Shown in pieces: positions 19,614 to 28,904 of a stretch of 61,495 bases of DNA. The position numbers and the translations under genes were made by a program. The DNA comes from Planctomycetota bacterium (GTDB lineage: Bacteria > Planctomycetota > Planctomycetia > Pirellulales > Pirellulaceae). The stretch lies in the NCBI GenBank assembly GCA_039030255.1, contig JBCCEO010000001.1:1-61495 (forward strand). Direction: 5' to 3'. The notes under the pieces were generated by a model. That model was given only the letters and a program-made list of their open reading frames with translations, did not search any database and was not told the origin of the DNA. The stretch's first letter is position 1, and each line of letters starts with the position of its first letter.

Positions 19614-20611
19614 CAATTCTCCCTGCTGGAAAGACTGTCCGCCGCAAGGAGTACGGCTCCTGAAACCGGGTCGTCTACTAGTTGCATCGTAGGTTGCAGC
19701 TGTTGAAATTTGTTTTTCCTGCGCACTTCGTATTCCAGTCGGTAACGCATAGTTTCCGAGTGGCCGAGGATTCCGCCAGCCATGGCGAGAGGGAAAGGAT
19801 CTTGCCCAATGTTTAGCCGACTGGCTGCATCTTTGATCATCGAAGCGAGTTGCCAAGCGGCCGCATGCAGGACTTCGTAGGTTTCATCGTTGCATTGGAG
19901 GTTATGCTCGATGACTACTTTGGCGTAATCCGCCAATTCACGGCGGCTTAAGCCTTGCAGCTTCGGGATGATTTCTGAAAACTCTGTGACGCCGAAGTAC
20001 CTCAAGGCGATAGCGTGAAGCTTTGGGTGGGAAGTTCTCTGATCCGCGTGAAGGCTCGCGTAGCGAAGTGCTTGCATCGCAATTTTGTAGCCACTTCCTT
20101 CATCGCTAAACAGCGGGCCCCAGCCTCCGCAGCGAATGCGCGTCCCGTCGGCCGCACGCGCGACGACGATGGAGCCCGTTCCTGAGATGACCGCGATTGC
20201 TAGACCATCGCGCGAGCAATGCCTTAGAATGGGTTCGACATCGTCGGTAATGCGAATCTTGCTCGCAAAGGAGTTCTCTTCTGTCCAAGCTTGCCACTGC
20301 TTCAGAATGCTTTCACGTCCCGTCCCAGCGAGCGATAAGCATGCAGCATCCAGTTGAAATTTCCGGTCGATTTTTTCTCGCGCCGCATGAAGCGCAGTTG
20401 CAACCGCGGTGTTTACGTTCGCTTTTGCTTCGGGCGCTGTTATTAAGTTGCCAGGACCGGCACTGACACGCGCGAGCTCCATGAAATCCGATATTTGTAA
20501 TTGCTCGTGGGGTTCGGTTTCGAGCTTGGCAATGACTGCTTGTGTCTTCGAGCCGCCACCGTCGACGCCCAGCAGAAAGCGCGTTGAACCACTTTTAGAA
20601 TCCTCGGGCAT
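19613..20611 (-). CDS. BadF/BcrAD-type amino-sugar kinase (MurNAc/GlcNAc kinase, MurK-like)
   Basis: LLGVDGGGSKT, GPGN, ISGTGS, RCGGWGPLFSDEGSGY, AGGIL; located between murQ and namZ. Confidence 0.85.
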   Translation of the reverse strand: MPEDSKSGSTRFLLGVDGGGSKTQAVIAKLETEPHEQLQISDFMELARVSAGPGNLITAPEAKANVNTAVATALHAAREKIDRKFQLDAACLSLAGTGRESILKQWQAWTEENSFASKIRITDDVEPILRHCSRDGLAIAVISGTGSIVVARAADGTRIRCGGWGPLFSDEGSGYKIAMQALRYASLHADQRTSHPKLHAIALRYFGVTEFSEIIPKLQGLSRRELADYAKVVIEHNLQCNDETYEVLHAAAWQLASMIKDAASRLNIGQDPFPLAMAGGILGHSETMRYRLEYEVRRKNKFQQLQPTMQLVDDPVSGAVLLAADSLSSREN

Positions 20612-20613
20612 GG

Positions 20614-21531
20614 CTACTTTCCGTTCTTCAAAGATTCAAGAACGCAACGAAGATGCCCGCCAGCTTGTAGGAGCAAATCTCGTGCTTCGCTGGGGGAGCA
20701 GTCGGCCAAATGTGCTACTACGGCTGTCTTGAGTTCACCGTCGCAGCGCGACAAGAGGGAAACGGCCGGGGCAGGATCTAAGCCCGTTAGTTCTGATACA
20801 ATGCGTTGCGTCCGATCGATGAGTTTGGAATTGGTGGCACGTAGGTCGACCATCAGGTTGCCAAGAGTCTTGCCGATCAAGACCATGGCTCCTGTGGTCA
20901 GAGTGTTGAGGATAAGTTTGGTGGCGGTGCCGGCTTTTAGTCGCGTGGAACCACTGACAACTTCGGGACCGACGACGGCGGTGATGGCAATGTCGCTTTG
21001 TTGCTCGAGTTCACATCCAGCATTGCAGCTGATTCCAATCGTCGTGCACTGCAGAGACTTCGCGTACTCGACGGCACCTAAAACATAGGGCGTGCGTCCG
21101 CTGGTGGCGATTCCGACTAGCACATCATTGGAAGCGAGGTCGGTGGCCTGCACGTCCTCCCTCCCCTGTTCTGCCGAGTCTTCAGCGCCTTCGATGGCTC
21201 GGGTCAGAGCAGTTTGGCCACCCGCGATGATCCCGACAACCTGGCTTGGATCGGAGTTGAAGGTCGGTGGACATTCGGATGCATCGAGTACGCCAAGCCG
21301 CCCGGAAGTGCCTGCGCCGATGTAGATCAACCGGCCCCCAGCTCGGAATGCCGCGGCTACTGCTTCGACGGCTCGGGCGAGTTCTTTTGCGACACCCCCG
21401 ACGGCGGTTAGCGCGTTTTGATCTTCGGAGTTCATCAGGCGAACGATCTCGACGGCGGACATGCTATCAAGGTGAGTTGAAGCTGGATTGCGCTGTTCCG
21501 TGGTGCGCTGATTTGAGGTGCGAAAGGACAA
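20614..21531 (-). CDS. murQ: N-acetylmuramic acid 6-phosphate etherase
   Basis: TEQRNP, GRLIYIGAGTSGRLGVLDASECPPTF, EGAED, SGRTPYV, GPEVVSGSTRLKAGTATK, GNLMVD. Confidence 0.97.
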   Translation of the reverse strand: MSFRTSNQRTTEQRNPASTHLDSMSAVEIVRLMNSEDQNALTAVGGVAKELARAVEAVAAAFRAGGRLIYIGAGTSGRLGVLDASECPPTFNSDPSQVVGIIAGGQTALTRAIEGAEDSAEQGREDVQATDLASNDVLVGIATSGRTPYVLGAVEYAKSLQCTTIGISCNAGCELEQQSDIAITAVVGPEVVSGSTRLKAGTATKLILNTLTTGAMVLIGKTLGNLMVDLRATNSKLIDRTQRIVSELTGLDPAPAVSLLSRCDGELKTAVVAHLADCSPSEARDLLLQAGGHLRCVLESLKNGK

Positions 21532-21609
21532 TTCAATTCTCAGGCTGCAGGATGTGAAGTGCGGGTGGAATGTCAGTTTCGCCTTTTGCTTGGCGAAAGC
21601 AAGCGGTCG

Positions 21610-21862
21610 CCGCCTTCGGCTCGCCGTTATGCGATTTGATTGGAATCGTATTCGTACTCAGGGCGTAGCCCGGTACTCGTACTCCTACTCGAATAGGCTC
21701 TGTAGGTGCGAGCAGGTAACTCGCGACGACGAGGGCTGCGTGGTATGGGGGAAGATCAGAATCGATAACGAGTACGAGTACGAGGAGGAGGAGGAGAGGA
21801 GACGAAGAGCAAGAGCAAGAGGAAGAGAAGAACCGCCTTCGGCTCGCCGATAAACGATTTTG
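21610..21862. repeat. Cluster of REP-like motifs and a purine-rich tract in the murQ/SSS divergent intergenic region
   Basis: Two copies of CGCCTTCGGCTCGCCG(T/A)TA (about 21611 and 21834); GTACTC repeats (about 21654-21690) inverted to GAGTAC repeats (about 21770-21781); GA-rich run to about 21830. Confidence 0.75.
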
Positions 21863-21959
21863 CGGCGGCCCGTTTAAATTTTGCGATAGTTGTGGTGGGG
21901 ATGAAAAGAAGGACAATGGAGCGACAGTAGAGAACTAGCCATCGCTCCGAGTATCCGTC

Positions 21960-23432
21960 TTGAACCTTCCGATTGAACCCTTCGACTTGGTCGTTTTCCT
22001 TGTCTACCTAGGCTTGGTCATGGCTTTGGGAATGTGGGTTGGTAAGGGAGCCAAAGATCTCTCTTCCTATTTGCTCGGTGATCGCCAGTTGCCTTGGTGG
22101 GCCATCCTGGGATCGATCGTGGCGACTGAGACGAGCACGGTTACTTTTCTTAGCGTGCCGGGCATTGTGTTTGCCGAAGGCGGCAACATGACCTTTTTGC
22201 AATTGTCCTTGGGCTACATCCTCGGTCGCATCTTAGTTTCGCTCTTGTTGCTACCTGGATACTTTCAAGGCAAGATTTTTTCTGCCTATGAGTTGCTGGA
22301 AAAGCACTTTGGAGTTGAGACCAAACGAGTGGCTTCAGTCATTTTTCTGCTGGCAAGGAACTTTGGCGATGCGTTGCGGCTGTTTCTCACAGCTTTGGTT
22401 CTCGAAGCCATGTTCGACTTGTCGCTCGGATGGAGCATTGTGATTATTGGTGTGTTGACGATTGCTTACACCTTAGTGGGTGGAATGAAAGCCGTTATTT
22501 GGAACGACTGTCTGCAACTATTGGTTTACATGTTGGGCGGAGTTCTCATCGCCTTTATCATCGCTGGGCGCTTGCCTGAAGGCTGGAGTGGGATCGTTTC
22601 CTTTGGCCAGGAAACGGGAAGATTGCAGGTATTGGATTTTGAGTGGGATTGGACTGAGCCCTATACCTTTTGGGCTGGCTTAATTGGCGGTGTTTTTCTG
22701 GCGGTCGGAACACACGGCGTGGACCAGATGTTGGTGCAGCGATACCTCGCGGCCAAATCGCGCCATCATGCTTCGGCCGCGCTGATCACCAGCGGTTTTG
22801 TAGTTGCCCTGCAATTCGCGTTCTTTTTGTTCTTAGGCGTGGCCTTGGCCGCTTATTATCATCAGCCGCAATTCGCGGAGGTCGATTTCAGTGAGTGGTC
22901 TGGAGACAAAGCACTTGCGACTTTTATCGTGGAAGAGCTTCCTGGTGGAATTGGCCTGATAGGATTTATCCTGGCCGGTGTATTTGCCGCCGCAATGTCA
23001 ACGCTATCTAGTTCCTTGAATTCGTCGGCGACAGTCGTAGTCAACGATTTCTTCAAGGCAAAGGAAGACGCCCCAGAAGAAATGTTGTGGCAAAGTCGAG
23101 TTTGGACAGCCGTCTTCGGGGTAATCCAAATGGTGATCGCCTTCGCCGCATCCGGTGTGACGCGTAGTGTCGTCGACGAAGTTTTGGGCATCGCGGGCAT
23201 GACAGTTGGATTGCTGCTAGGCTTATTTGCCTTATCGCGGATTTTTCCCACCTGTGGCCAGCGTGGCGCGATAGTCGGCCTGCTCGTTGCATCCTTGATT
23301 CTGATTTTTGTCCGATTTGTCATGCCGCCAGTGTATGGTTTAAGTATCGCTGGGACCTGGTACGCACTGATCGGTTCCACCAGTACCGTGCTCATCGCCT
23401 CCTTGGTTCATTATCGGTCGGTTTGGAAATAA
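21960..23432 (+). CDS. Sodium:solute symporter (SSS family), likely MurNAc/amino-sugar importer
   Basis: YLLGDRQLPWWA, SIVATETS.VTFL, SAYELL..HFG, GGMKAVIWND, DQ.LVQRYL, AAAMSTLSSSLNS; many TM helices. Confidence 0.9.
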   Translation: MNLPIEPFDLVVFLVYLGLVMALGMWVGKGAKDLSSYLLGDRQLPWWAILGSIVATETSTVTFLSVPGIVFAEGGNMTFLQLSLGYILGRILVSLLLLPGYFQGKIFSAYELLEKHFGVETKRVASVIFLLARNFGDALRLFLTALVLEAMFDLSLGWSIVIIGVLTIAYTLVGGMKAVIWNDCLQLLVYMLGGVLIAFIIAGRLPEGWSGIVSFGQETGRLQVLDFEWDWTEPYTFWAGLIGGVFLAVGTHGVDQMLVQRYLAAKSRHHASAALITSGFVVALQFAFFLFLGVALAAYYHQPQFAEVDFSEWSGDKALATFIVEELPGGIGLIGFILAGVFAAAMSTLSSSLNSSATVVVNDFFKAKEDAPEEMLWQSRVWTAVFGVIQMVIAFAASGVTRSVVDEVLGIAGMTVGLLLGLFALSRIFPTCGQRGAIVGLLVASLILIFVRFVMPPVYGLSIAGTWYALIGSTSTVLIASLVHYRSVWK

Positions 23433-23516
23433 CCGCATGTTTATTCCGTTCGTGTCCGGCATCAAAACGACCACTTGTTAGAGCGTTATTGTAAAAATAC
23501 TTTTTTAAAGATCACC

Positions 23517-25871
23517 ATGAATCTTCCCAAATTAGCATTGATGCTCTCGCTTTGCATATATTCGTTATTTGCGGGGCAGCGTCCTGCAAGCGGCCAACAC
23601 TTGCCGCGAGTCAAGCCGGAAGAAGTGGGCATGAGCTCCAAGCATTTAGAGCACATTGATGCGCTCGTTGCTCAGGGGATTGCTGAGAAGAAGATGCCGG
23701 GCTGCGTTATCGCTGCGGGGCATCGAGGCAAGCTCGTTTTTCTGAAGGCTTATGGCGATCGAAGGTTGCTTCCTGCCCCGGAGCCCATGCAGACAGACAC
23801 TGTTTTCGACATGGCCTCGATCACCAAGCCCGTGGCAACAGCGACCAGCGTAATGGTGCTTTTGCAGCAAGGGAAAATACGTCTACGAGATCGCGTGGCC
23901 GATTTGATTCCTGCCTTTGGCGTGAATGGTAAAGACAATATCACCGTCGAGCAATTGCTCACGCACCAAGCTGGGCTGATTCCCGACAATGCCTTGAAAG
24001 ATTATTTTGATGGCAAAGAAAAGGCTTTCGAGCGGATCTACGGCTTGTCGACTTACGTGGAGCCTGGCAGCAAGTTCGTTTACACCGATGTTGGCTTTCT
24101 GTTGCTGGCCGATCTGGTGGAGAAGCTAAGTGGGCAGAACGTGCATGAGTTTTCCCAGGAGCATATCTTCGGTCCGTTGCAAATGAAGGATACGGGCTAT
24201 GTGCCGCGGGATGAACTCCGCGGGCGGGCGGCAGTGACCGAGCAGCGTAATGGAAACTGGATACAAGGAGTTGTTCACGATCCGCGAGCTTTCGAGCTGG
24301 ACGGTATCGCTGGGCACGCCGGGTTGTTCTCGACGGCGGAGGATTTGGCCGTTTATGCTCAAATGATGCTGCAGGGCGGTAGCTACAAGGGCAGCCAGAT
24401 TCTCAGTTCACGAACGGTCGAGCTAATGACGAGCGCCTATCCGGTTTCAAGCGGCATACGAGGACTTGGTTGGGACAAACGCACGGGCTATTCGTCGAAT
24501 CGTGGTGAGGTTTTGACCGGTCGCGCCTTTGGGCACGGTGGCTTTACTGGCACCGTGTTGTGGATCGATCCTGGTCTGGACCTGTTCTATATTTTCCTGA
24601 GTAATCGAGTGCATCCAAACGGCAAGGGTTCCGTTAATCACTTGGCGGGTCGCATTGGAACGGTCATCGCGTCCGCGATCCAAAACCCGACGGCAATTCA
24701 GTCCCAGCCTGTTCCGCAGCCGGGGACTGGTCAAACCGGTAACTGCAAGACAGGCTTGGACGTTTTGAAGCAGGCGGGATTCGCAGAGCTTCAGGGCAAG
24801 CGAGTCGGTTTGATTACCAATCACACGGGGCTCGACGCACGAGGCGAGTGGATCGTTCCGATTTTTCATCGCGCGGACAACGTCGACTTGCGGGCTTTGT
24901 TCAGCCCCGAGCATGGTATCCAAGGGATGCTCGATATTCCGGAGATTGGCGATTCGCAGGACGCGCAAACGGGACTCAAAATACATAGCCTTTATGGAGC
25001 ATCGCGCAAGCCCTCGGCGGAGCAACTACAAGGGCTTGATTGTTTGGTGTTCGATATTCAGGATATCGGAACAAGGTTTTACACCTACATTTCGACTATG
25101 GGGCTTGCGATGCAAGCGGCCGAAGCGCAGGGCATTGAGTTTATTGTGCTTGATCGTCCTAATCCGATTGGAGGACAAGTCGTGTCAGGTCCCATGATCG
25201 ACGACGACAAACATTCCTTTGTTGGATTTCATTCTTTGCCGGTGCGGCATGGCATGACGGTGGGCGAGTTGGCAAAGATGTTTCAAGCCGAGATGGGATT
25301 GGAGAAGCTCAAGTTGACCGTGGTTCCCGTTAAGGGTTGGCAACGTGGGCAGCTTTTGGATCAAACCGGTTTGCTCTGGACGAATCCTTCGCCCAACATG
25401 CGGAACTTGAATCAAGCTTTGTTGTATCCTGGTGTTGGCCTGCTGGAGACAACCAACCTGTCTGTCGGGCGCGGGACGGATACACCTTTTGAGATTTTCG
25501 GAGCTCCCTGGATGGATGCTCGGGTTTTGGCCAAGCGTTTGAATGATTTGCGGTTGCCTGGTGTGACTTTCGTTCCACGTAAGTTTGTTCCTGAGTCGAG
25601 CGTCTACGCCAAGGAGAATTGTGAAGGTGTCAATATCTTGATCACCGACCGCGCCGCGTTGCGACCGCTGGAGACTGGACTGGCCATCGCGACGACTTTG
25701 CGAGCCGAGTACCCCGAGGCATGGAAAGTGGACCGATACTTACGATTGCTGGGCAATCAGAAAGTTCTGGATGCGATCAAGTCTGGAGCAGGATTCGAAA
25801 CTATTCTGAAATCTTGCCAGAAGCCCCTAGAGGCATTTCGCAGCCGACGCGAAAAGTTTCTACTTTACTGA
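23517..25871 (+). CDS. Secreted fusion of a beta-lactamase-fold serine hydrolase (AmiE-like) and a NamZ domain
   Basis: Signal peptide; FDMASITK (SxxK), LLTH, YTD, VHDP, AGHAGLFS, FGHGGFTG; Pro/Gln/Gly linker; then LITNHTG, FSPEHG, DIQDIG.RFYTY, DRPNP, PSPN, SVGRGT. Confidence 0.9.
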   Translation: MNLPKLALMLSLCIYSLFAGQRPASGQHLPRVKPEEVGMSSKHLEHIDALVAQGIAEKKMPGCVIAAGHRGKLVFLKAYGDRRLLPAPEPMQTDTVFDMASITKPVATATSVMVLLQQGKIRLRDRVADLIPAFGVNGKDNITVEQLLTHQAGLIPDNALKDYFDGKEKAFERIYGLSTYVEPGSKFVYTDVGFLLLADLVEKLSGQNVHEFSQEHIFGPLQMKDTGYVPRDELRGRAAVTEQRNGNWIQGVVHDPRAFELDGIAGHAGLFSTAEDLAVYAQMMLQGGSYKGSQILSSRTVELMTSAYPVSSGIRGLGWDKRTGYSSNRGEVLTGRAFGHGGFTGTVLWIDPGLDLFYIFLSNRVHPNGKGSVNHLAGRIGTVIASAIQNPTAIQSQPVPQPGTGQTGNCKTGLDVLKQAGFAELQGKRVGLITNHTGLDARGEWIVPIFHRADNVDLRALFSPEHGIQGMLDIPEIGDSQDAQTGLKIHSLYGASRKPSAEQLQGLDCLVFDIQDIGTRFYTYISTMGLAMQAAEAQGIEFIVLDRPNPIGGQVVSGPMIDDDKHSFVGFHSLPVRHGMTVGELAKMFQAEMGLEKLKLTVVPVKGWQRGQLLDQTGLLWTNPSPNMRNLNQALLYPGVGLLETTNLSVGRGTDTPFEIFGAPWMDARVLAKRLNDLRLPGVTFVPRKFVPESSVYAKENCEGVNILITDRAALRPLETGLAIATTLRAEYPEAWKVDRYLRLLGNQKVLDAIKSGAGFETILKSCQKPLEAFRSRREKFLLY

Positions 25872-25988
25872 TCCTGGCCGAACTGGAGATCTGCATTTTC
25901 AGCGGCCGCCCGTGGCTTGGACTCTGCCCAGGAATCTGAATCCATCACCCTTCTCCGCTCGATTACTGAAGCGTAGGAAATCTATTCT

Positions 25989-28025
25989 GTGTCGCTGAAT
26001 GTTGCTGAGATTTTAGGTCCGAAAGGCAGTATTGCCCGACGGTTGCCGCACTACGAAATGCGGCCTCAGCAGTTGGAACTTGCCGAGGCCGTGCATCATG
26101 CCCTGCAGAGCGAAAAGCACTTGGTTGCAGAGGCGGGGACGGGAGTCGGAAAGAGCTTTGCTTACTTGGTGCCCGCGATTTTGCATGCGACTGCCGATCA
26201 AGAGGAAGAGCCAGAGGTCTTTGACGAGGAGGAAGATGCACCGTCACGAAGTGTGGTGGTCTCGACGCACACGATCAGTTTGCAAGAGCAGCTGATCGAT
26301 AAGGACTTGCCCTTGCTGAATAGCGTCATACCGCGCGAGTTCTCTTCAGTGCTGGTCAAAGGTCGTGGGAATTACATTAGCTTGCGTCGCTATGAGACAG
26401 CGCTTTCGCGGGCAACCAGTTTGTTTGCCGAGAACGAGCACGATCAACTCCAGCAATTGAAGTCTTGGCTCAAGACGACGCCCGATGGCTCCTTGAGTTC
26501 CCTGCCCTTTCGGCCATTGGGATCCATGTGGGATGAAGTTGCCAGTGATACGAGCAATTGTTTGGGGCGGAAGTGCAAACGCTACAACGACTGCTATTAC
26601 TATATGGCTCGACGTCGCATTCAAGGCGCTCAGATCCTGGTGGTCAATCATGCTTTGTTTTTTACGGACCTAGCGATTCGCAACGAGTTAGGATTTGGGC
26701 TGATTCCGGATTACTCCGCTGCGATTTTGGACGAATGCCATACGATCGAATCGGTGGCCAGCTCGCACTTAGGGATAAAAGTTACCAATAGTCAGGTGCA
26801 ATATACGCTCAACAAGCTTTACAACCCACACACGGGCAAGGGCTTGTTTGCCGCCTTGGGCATGGACCGTATGGTGGATTTGGTCGACAAGGCACACAAG
26901 CGTATCGACACCATGGTATTCGACTTGGACGAATACATGGGGCCTACTTCAGCAAACAAGCGAGTGCTCGAGAAGGAAGTAGTGCCAAATCTACTTTCTG
27001 AAGTCTTGGCCCAGATTCATGAGAAGTTGACCGAGTTGGCTGATACGTCGGAGGACGCTTCTCGCCGGCAGGATTTGATGTCTGCTGCCGGTAGATTGGA
27101 TTCGCTGAGTTCGAACGTGCGCAGCTGGCTCAAGCAGGATGACGGAGATTACGTTTATTGGCTAGAGCGTGTGAACATGCGTCGCGGTGGGACAAGGATG
27201 GAAATGCACGCCGCGCCGGTGGATATTTCACATCGAATGCGAGAATCGCTGTTTCAGCAAGTGCCTAGTGTAATCATGGCGAGTGCCACAGTTTCGACGG
27301 GCCGTGAAGGCGGTTTTGAGTTCTTCCAATCACGCGTTGGTGCTAGTGGCAGTCTGACCACGCAGCTTGGCAGTCCCTTCAACTACCGAGAGCAGGCAGA
27401 GTTAGTTGTGGTTTCCGATATGCCAGATCCTTCCTCTCAGCGCGCCGAGTACGATAAGCTAATGCCCGAAATGATTCGGCGCTATTTGGAACGAACCAGT
27501 GGTCACGCTTTCGTGCTGTTTACTAGTTACGGAGCCTTGCGCTCAGCGGCCAATCAAATGCAACGCTGGTTCGCCGATCAAGGACTAACGCTGTACAGTC
27601 AAGGCGACGGCTTGCCGCGGGGCCAGCTGTTGGAGCAGTTTCGAAAGAATCCCAAAGGCGCACTCTTCGGGACGGATAGTTTTTGGCAAGGAGTCGACGT
27701 GCCGGGAGACGCTTTGCAGAACGTGATCATTACCAAGTTGCCTTTTAGCGTGCCCGATCATCCGTTGCTTCAGTCGCGGTTAGACGCCATACGCGACGCG
27801 GGTGGCAATCCTTTTATGGATTATCAAGTACCTGAAGCGGTAATTAAACTTCGGCAGGGCTTCGGACGCCTGATACGTACGGCGAAGGATAAAGGTATCG
27901 TCGTGATTTTGGATTCCAGAGTGAAGACCAAACGCTATGGTCGACTTTTCCTGAACGGATTGCCGGAGACCAAGGTTGCTTGGGAGTCCGTGCATGGAGA
28001 TTTCGAGCCAGCCGAATTCACGTAG
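25989..28025 (+). CDS. DinG/YoaA family ATP-dependent DNA helicase
   Basis: RPQQ Q-motif, EAGTGVGKS, LQEQL, VVNHAL, LDECH, ASAT, SFWQGVDVPG, KLPF, QGFGRLIR. Confidence 0.93.
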   Translation: MSLNVAEILGPKGSIARRLPHYEMRPQQLELAEAVHHALQSEKHLVAEAGTGVGKSFAYLVPAILHATADQEEEPEVFDEEEDAPSRSVVVSTHTISLQEQLIDKDLPLLNSVIPREFSSVLVKGRGNYISLRRYETALSRATSLFAENEHDQLQQLKSWLKTTPDGSLSSLPFRPLGSMWDEVASDTSNCLGRKCKRYNDCYYYMARRRIQGAQILVVNHALFFTDLAIRNELGFGLIPDYSAAILDECHTIESVASSHLGIKVTNSQVQYTLNKLYNPHTGKGLFAALGMDRMVDLVDKAHKRIDTMVFDLDEYMGPTSANKRVLEKEVVPNLLSEVLAQIHEKLTELADTSEDASRRQDLMSAAGRLDSLSSNVRSWLKQDDGDYVYWLERVNMRRGGTRMEMHAAPVDISHRMRESLFQQVPSVIMASATVSTGREGGFEFFQSRVGASGSLTTQLGSPFNYREQAELVVVSDMPDPSSQRAEYDKLMPEMIRRYLERTSGHAFVLFTSYGALRSAANQMQRWFADQGLTLYSQGDGLPRGQLLEQFRKNPKGALFGTDSFWQGVDVPGDALQNVIITKLPFSVPDHPLLQSRLDAIRDAGGNPFMDYQVPEAVIKLRQGFGRLIRTAKDKGIVVILDSRVKTKRYGRLFLNGLPETKVAWESVHGDFEPAEFT

Positions 28026-28076
28026 CTTAGCTGGCTTGTTGGGGCCGATTGACGGTTCGATATACTGGCCAATTGC

Positions 28077-28478
28077 TTATCGGCGGCGCCGGACGAAGAT
28101 ACTGCCGCGATATCCCTTGGTATTCCAGGAACCGCTCATCGAATGACCATAGCTGCGCAAGTTCATTTTGTATTCGCCCATCGGGCCTAGCTTTTTGCTG
28201 GAGTAGATTTGATTGCCGTGCTGGATGACATCGGCTCGGTAGAAGTAAGGGATGATCAGCGCGAAACGTCCGGAGAAGCGCCCCTTGTAGGTATTCGGAC
28301 CGGTTTTTTGGAGCTTTATACGCAGGGCTCCGCCGTGTTCGGGCAGTCGCTTGGTTGCGTCGGCCGTCCATTTGCCTCGCCAAACGCCGCTCAAATCCTG
28401 GCCCCGCGCCGATGGCTGGCAGAAAGTGAAGCTGACGAGCACGGCAAGTACAGCAAGAAGAGGTAGAAAGTTTCTCAC
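28077..28478 (-). CDS. Secreted hypothetical protein (small, basic, beta-rich)
   Basis: Signal peptide followed by QDLSGVWRGKW; alternating beta-strand pattern. Confidence 0.75.
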   Translation of the reverse strand: MRNFLPLLAVLAVLVSFTFCQPSARGQDLSGVWRGKWTADATKRLPEHGGALRIKLQKTGPNTYKGRFSGRFALIIPYFYRADVIQHGNQIYSSKKLGPMGEYKMNLRSYGHSMSGSWNTKGYRGSIFVRRRR

Positions 28479-28546
28479 GTTGGAAATCCTGGGATGTTTG
28501 TTTTTAAGTATTTCGTTTTTAGATCGAAATAGGTTTGCAAAACATG

Positions 28547-28690
28547 CAACTTACTCTCCTTGGGGAGAGTCGCGAGTAATGCGAGCGGAGAGGGGCGGAT
28601 TTGCGCTTCCCTGCCGCCGACCGCGAAGCACGTGGCCCGGTCAGACCCGTTCGGGCGAGCAAGAAATCCTTGCTGGGGCGTCGGGCTAGT
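28547..28690. repeat. Degenerate copy of the 269-431 element plus an adjacent REP-like segment
   Basis: CAACTTACTCTCC equals the reverse complement of 419-431; GGGAGAGTCG, CGGAGAG and CCGACCGCGAAGCACGTG blocks shared in the same order with 271-400. Confidence 0.6.
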
Positions 28691-28904
28691 ATTCATTATA
28701 GTTTTGGCCGATGGAAACTCGTTGGAAATCCGAATCTGTAGATTCACCAGGATCGACGACTGCAAGTTGAAGCCAGATTGGAGCAAATGGGGCGGTTTTT
28801 CCGGCCATAATTGGGCAAAACTTGACGAGTCCCGGTTACTCGAACTAGTCTTAAACAGGAATTCTCCACTCTCATCACAATCAGTGTCCCCCAAGGATCG
28901 AACT

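Noticed and set aside
19614-19856. Long N-terminal extension of NamZ in the ORF track
   Set aside because: It overlaps the kinase gene; homology begins at MMPIQLG, with a TGATG overlap at 19613.
21650-21830. GTACTC/GAGTAC repeats as a possible CRISPR array
   Set aside because: Hexamer units without regular unique spacers; no cas genes in the window.
21533-21916. 127-aa minus-strand ORF and 111-aa plus-strand ORF (21518-21853) with poly-S/L/E/R runs
   Set aside because: They are translations of the REP and low-complexity tract in the divergent intergenic region.
23517-24700. Antibiotic-resistance beta-lactamase
   Set aside because: Motifs, fusion to NamZ and murQ context fit an AmiE-like hydrolase better.
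25989-28025. DinG as part of type IV CRISPR or another defence system
   Set aside because: No csf/cas or defence genes adjacent; it looks like the housekeeping YoaA/DinG type.
28560-28904. N-terminal 115 aa of the 196-aa ORF, and the antisense ORF 28475-28894
   Set aside because: They run through the repeat element and intergenic DNA; the protein-like part starts at ATG 28905.
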